A DNA stretch of 64,000 nt from Leucoraja ocellata (Eukaryota): NCBI GenBank assembly GCA_036785375.1, contig JAWMAR010000028.1, forward strand, positions 2,294,001 to 2,358,000, in the 5' to 3' direction. This document shows, piece by piece, positions 61,165 to 64,000 of the stretch. The number at the start of each line of letters is the position of its first letter. Position 1 is the first letter of the stretch. Both the position numbers and the translations under genes were made by a program. The notes under the pieces are model-generated. The model did no database searches. It was not told the origin of the DNA and saw nothing but the letters and a program-made list of their open reading frames with translations.

Positions 61165-61260
61165 CATATATGAATCCAATCTCATAAATTTTATAAATTT
61201 ACATTTCAAACCCTCTGCACTTATATAGTCTTTTTTTAAGGAAGTGAAAGTGACTAAACA
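61165..61260 (-). promoter_or_regulatory. PRG4: Candidate PRG4 promoter (TATA box) and short first exon
   Basis: On -: TATATAAG at 61227-61220, then a strong donor ATG|gtgagt at 61165 about 55 nt downstream; the exon at 57380 begins with an acceptor and needs an upstream exon. Confidence 0.55.
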
Positions 61261-61856
61261 AGATTTGATTTGTCAAATTTTTAAACCTATTGCCATTTGT
61301 GCAGACAAAATGCAATACCCGGCCAAAGAAAGCAAATATTCTCAATAAATATTGGGAAATAAGTTTATTAAAAACATTCTTGTGGTTTTCAGTGAGGCTG
61401 ATATTTTGAATGTTGTTGAAAATGGTTTTAACCCGCCGATTACACATCAAGTCCCACTTGTGTGCCAAATATGTTGCAATTCATATCCGCATTAGAAGAA
61501 AACATATGCTCGATAAGAAAATGTCTGGAGCAAAATGATCAGAGAGGCAAACACATTACTTTATTGCAGAAGGATTCAACTGAGCTTTAAATGATAATGG
61601 TCTGGCTGGGAAAAGCCAACATAGTTTACAAATGGGGGACTGGCTGCTCAAGTGTAGGCTGGAGAATGTGCGGCACATAGATATGTACTGGTATTAGAGG
61701 TTTGCAAGTGGTTCGGGTGATTAAGAAGAGACTTTGGTGGGCATTGGTAAATAAGGCCGTTTAATATAAGAACAGTAGTGCGAGTAGTCAGTATCATTAG
61801 TGTTAGCTGCTGTGTGGAAACATTGACGCAGAGATTATACCTGATAATAACTGGAA

Positions 61857-62598
61857 GGCAGATTATTATCTAAATGGTGTCAAGTTGGGGAAAGGGGAAG
61901 TACAACGGGATCTGGGGTCCTTGTTCATCAGTCAATGAAAGTAAGCATGCAGGTACAGCAGGCAGTGAAGAAAGCGAATGGCATGTTGGCCTTCATAACA
62001 AGAGGAGTTGAGTATAGGAGCAAAGAGGTCCTTCTGGAGTTGTATAGGGCCCTAGTGAGACCACGCATGGAGCATTGTTTGCAGTTTTGGTTTCCAAATT
62101 TGAGAAAGGACATTCTTGCTATTGAGGGAGTGCAGCGTAGGTTGACAAGGTTAATTCCCGGGATGGCAGGATTGTCATATGCTGAGAGAATGAGGTGGCT
62201 GGGCTTGTATACTCTGGAATTTAAAAGGATGAGAGGGAATCTTATTGATACATATAATATTATTAAGGGTTTGGACACGCTAGAGGCAGGAAACATGTTC
62301 CCGGTGTTGGGTGAGTCCAGTACCAGGGGTCACAGTTTAAGAATAAGGGATAAGCCATTTAGAACGGAGATGAGAAAACACTTTTTCACACAGAGAGTTG
62401 TGAGTCTGTGGAATTTTCTGCCTCAGAGGGCGGTGGAGGCCGGTTCTCTGGATACTTTCAAGAGGGAGCTAGATAGGGCTCTTAAAGATAGCGGTCAGGG
62501 GATATGGGGAGAAGGCAGGAATGGGGTACTGATTGTGGATTATAAGCCATGATCACATTGAATGGCGGTGCTGGCCTACTCCTGCACCTATTGTCTAT
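61857..62598 (+). mobile_element. CR1/HER1-like LINE 3' end, 5'-truncated and relatively intact
   Basis: 205-aa ORF KKANGMLAFITRG...LYRALVRP...TRGH; close match to 7829-8040; (ctattgt)n tail. Confidence 0.92.
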
Positions 62599-62599
62599 T

Positions 62600-63241
62600 A
62601 GTCCGAGAACACTGATGCATTTATAAAGCAAGCACATCAGCGCCTCTACTTCCTGAGAAGATTACGGAGAGTCGGTATGTCAAGGAGGACTCTCTCTAAC
62701 TTCTACAGGTGCACAGTAGAGAGCATGCTGACCGGTTGCATCGTGACTTGGTTCGGCAACTTGAGCGCCCTGGAGCGGAAAAGACTACAAAAAGTAGTAA
62801 ACACTGCCCAGTTCATCATCGGCTCTGACCTCCCTTCCATCGAGGGGATCTTTCTCAGTTGCTGCCTCAAAAAGGCTGGCAGTATCATCAAGGACCCACA
62901 CCATCCTGGCCACACACTCATCTCCCCGCTACCTTCAGGTAGAAGGTACAGGAGCCTGAAGACTGCAACAACCAGGTTCAGAAATAGCTACTTCCCCATA
63001 GCCATCACGCTATTAAACTTGGCTCGGACAAAACTCTGAACATTAATAGCCCATTATCTGTTTATTTGCACTTTATCAGTTTATTTATTCATGTGTTATA
63101 TATATTTATATAATGGTATATGGACACACTGATCTGTTCTGTAGTCAATGCCTACTATGTTCTGTTGTGCTGAAGCAAAGCAAGAATTTCATTGTCCTAT
63201 CAGGGACACATGACAATAAACTCTCTTGAATCTTGAATCTT
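62600..63241 (+). mobile_element. Rex1/Babar-like LINE 3' fragment inserted in the CR1 tail
   Basis: FYRCTVES.LTGCI..W.G ... HPGH.L.SPLPSGRRYRSL..RFRNSYFP; (cttgaat)n tail; CR1 ctattgt tail resumes at 63241. Confidence 0.88.
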
Positions 63242-63329
63242 GTCTATTGTCTATAATGTTGAAACTGGTGATTCTAGAAGGCTGAAGTGAGCTCAATCAA
63301 AAGTTGAGAGTTCCTGTTATTGAGTTAAA

Positions 63330-63680
63330 AGCATGAAACCAGGCCTTTCGGCCCACCTTGTCCATTGCGACCAATTTGGAATACTGGGCTAATCTCATTT
63401 GCCTGCATTTGGCCCATAACCTATTCTAACCATATGGCCAACTATCTTTTCAAAGTTGGAATGATATCCTCTTTTTTTAGCCTCCTCTGACAGCTCGTTC
63501 TGGATATTTTCACATCTGAAAAGGATGCTCCTTAAGTTGCTCTTCAATTTCCTCCCCTTTCACCTTAAAGCTACATCCTCCAGTTTTAGAATCCTCTACC
63601 CTAGGTAAAAATGAGAGAGTTCACTTCATCCATGCCCCTCATGATCTTCTATACCTTAACAAGGTCACCCCTCAGCCTGC
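63330..63680 (-). mobile_element. Decayed CR1 3' fragment
   Basis: catgaaaccaggcctttcggccca tail in reverse orientation. Confidence 0.55.
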
Positions 63681-63711
63681 AATGTTCAAAATTAAAAGTC
63701 CCAGCCAATTA

Positions 63712-64000
63712 GGACAGCACAGTGGTGCAGCGGTAGAGTTGCTGCCAAATAGCTCCAGAGACCCGGGTTTGATCCTGATTACGGGTGCTCTCTGTACGGA
63801 GTTTGTACATTCTCCTTGTGACTGCATGGGTTTTCTCCGGGTTTTCCGGCATCCTCCCACATTCCAAAGACATGCAGGTTTGTAGCTTAATTGGCTTCTG
63901 CAAATTGTCCCTCGTATATAGGATAGAACTAGTACACCGGTGATCAGTGGGTCAAAGGGCCTGTTTCCACTCTGTATCTCTAAACTAATCTAAATTAAAC
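63712..64000 (+). mobile_element. V-SINE (HE1-like), near full length
   Basis: A-box tggtgcagcgg, B-box ggtttgatcc, V-domain ggagtttgtacattctcc...ctcccacattccaaagac, (taaac)n tail. Confidence 0.9.

Noticed and set aside
61935-63039. 205-aa and 120-aa ORFs as host genes
   Set aside because: They are C-terminal remnants of CR1 and Rex1-type LINE ORF2.
63712-63785. tRNA-like sequence with A/B boxes
   Set aside because: It is the head of a V-SINE followed by the V-domain and LINE tail, not a tRNA gene.

Overview
Vertebrate genomic DNA, most likely a cartilaginous fish (skate/ray-type repeats: HE1-like V-SINEs, CR1/HER1-like LINEs, Penelope-derived elements; this is an inference). The window holds two convergent genes. 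On the + strand are the last 24 coding exons of TPR (nuclear basket protein; 189-32569, 5' part outside the window). On the - strand is an apparently complete PRG4/lubricin gene: candidate promoter and exon 1 near 61.2 kb, signal peptide, two somatomedin-B exons, mucin-like region, and hemopexin exons ending near 33.5 kb. The standout feature is one 9,147-bp PRG4 exon built from about 150 diverged 60-bp/20-aa repeats (consensus ~SKILDKGMTTxSVPEDxSTD) with higher-order structure, unlike mammalian KEPAPTT repeats; the predicted protein is about 3,470 aa. Other signals are a stop-containing, polyA-followed exon that could give a hemopexin-less lubricin, an ambiguous last PRG4 exon, TSD-flanked short elements with minimal hammerhead-ribozyme cores, a 34-bp-arm intronic hairpin, an IR/DR Tc1 transposon and several MITEs. 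Exon boundaries were read by eye from GT/AG sites and phase consistency; homologies are recalled from memory, not from database searches.
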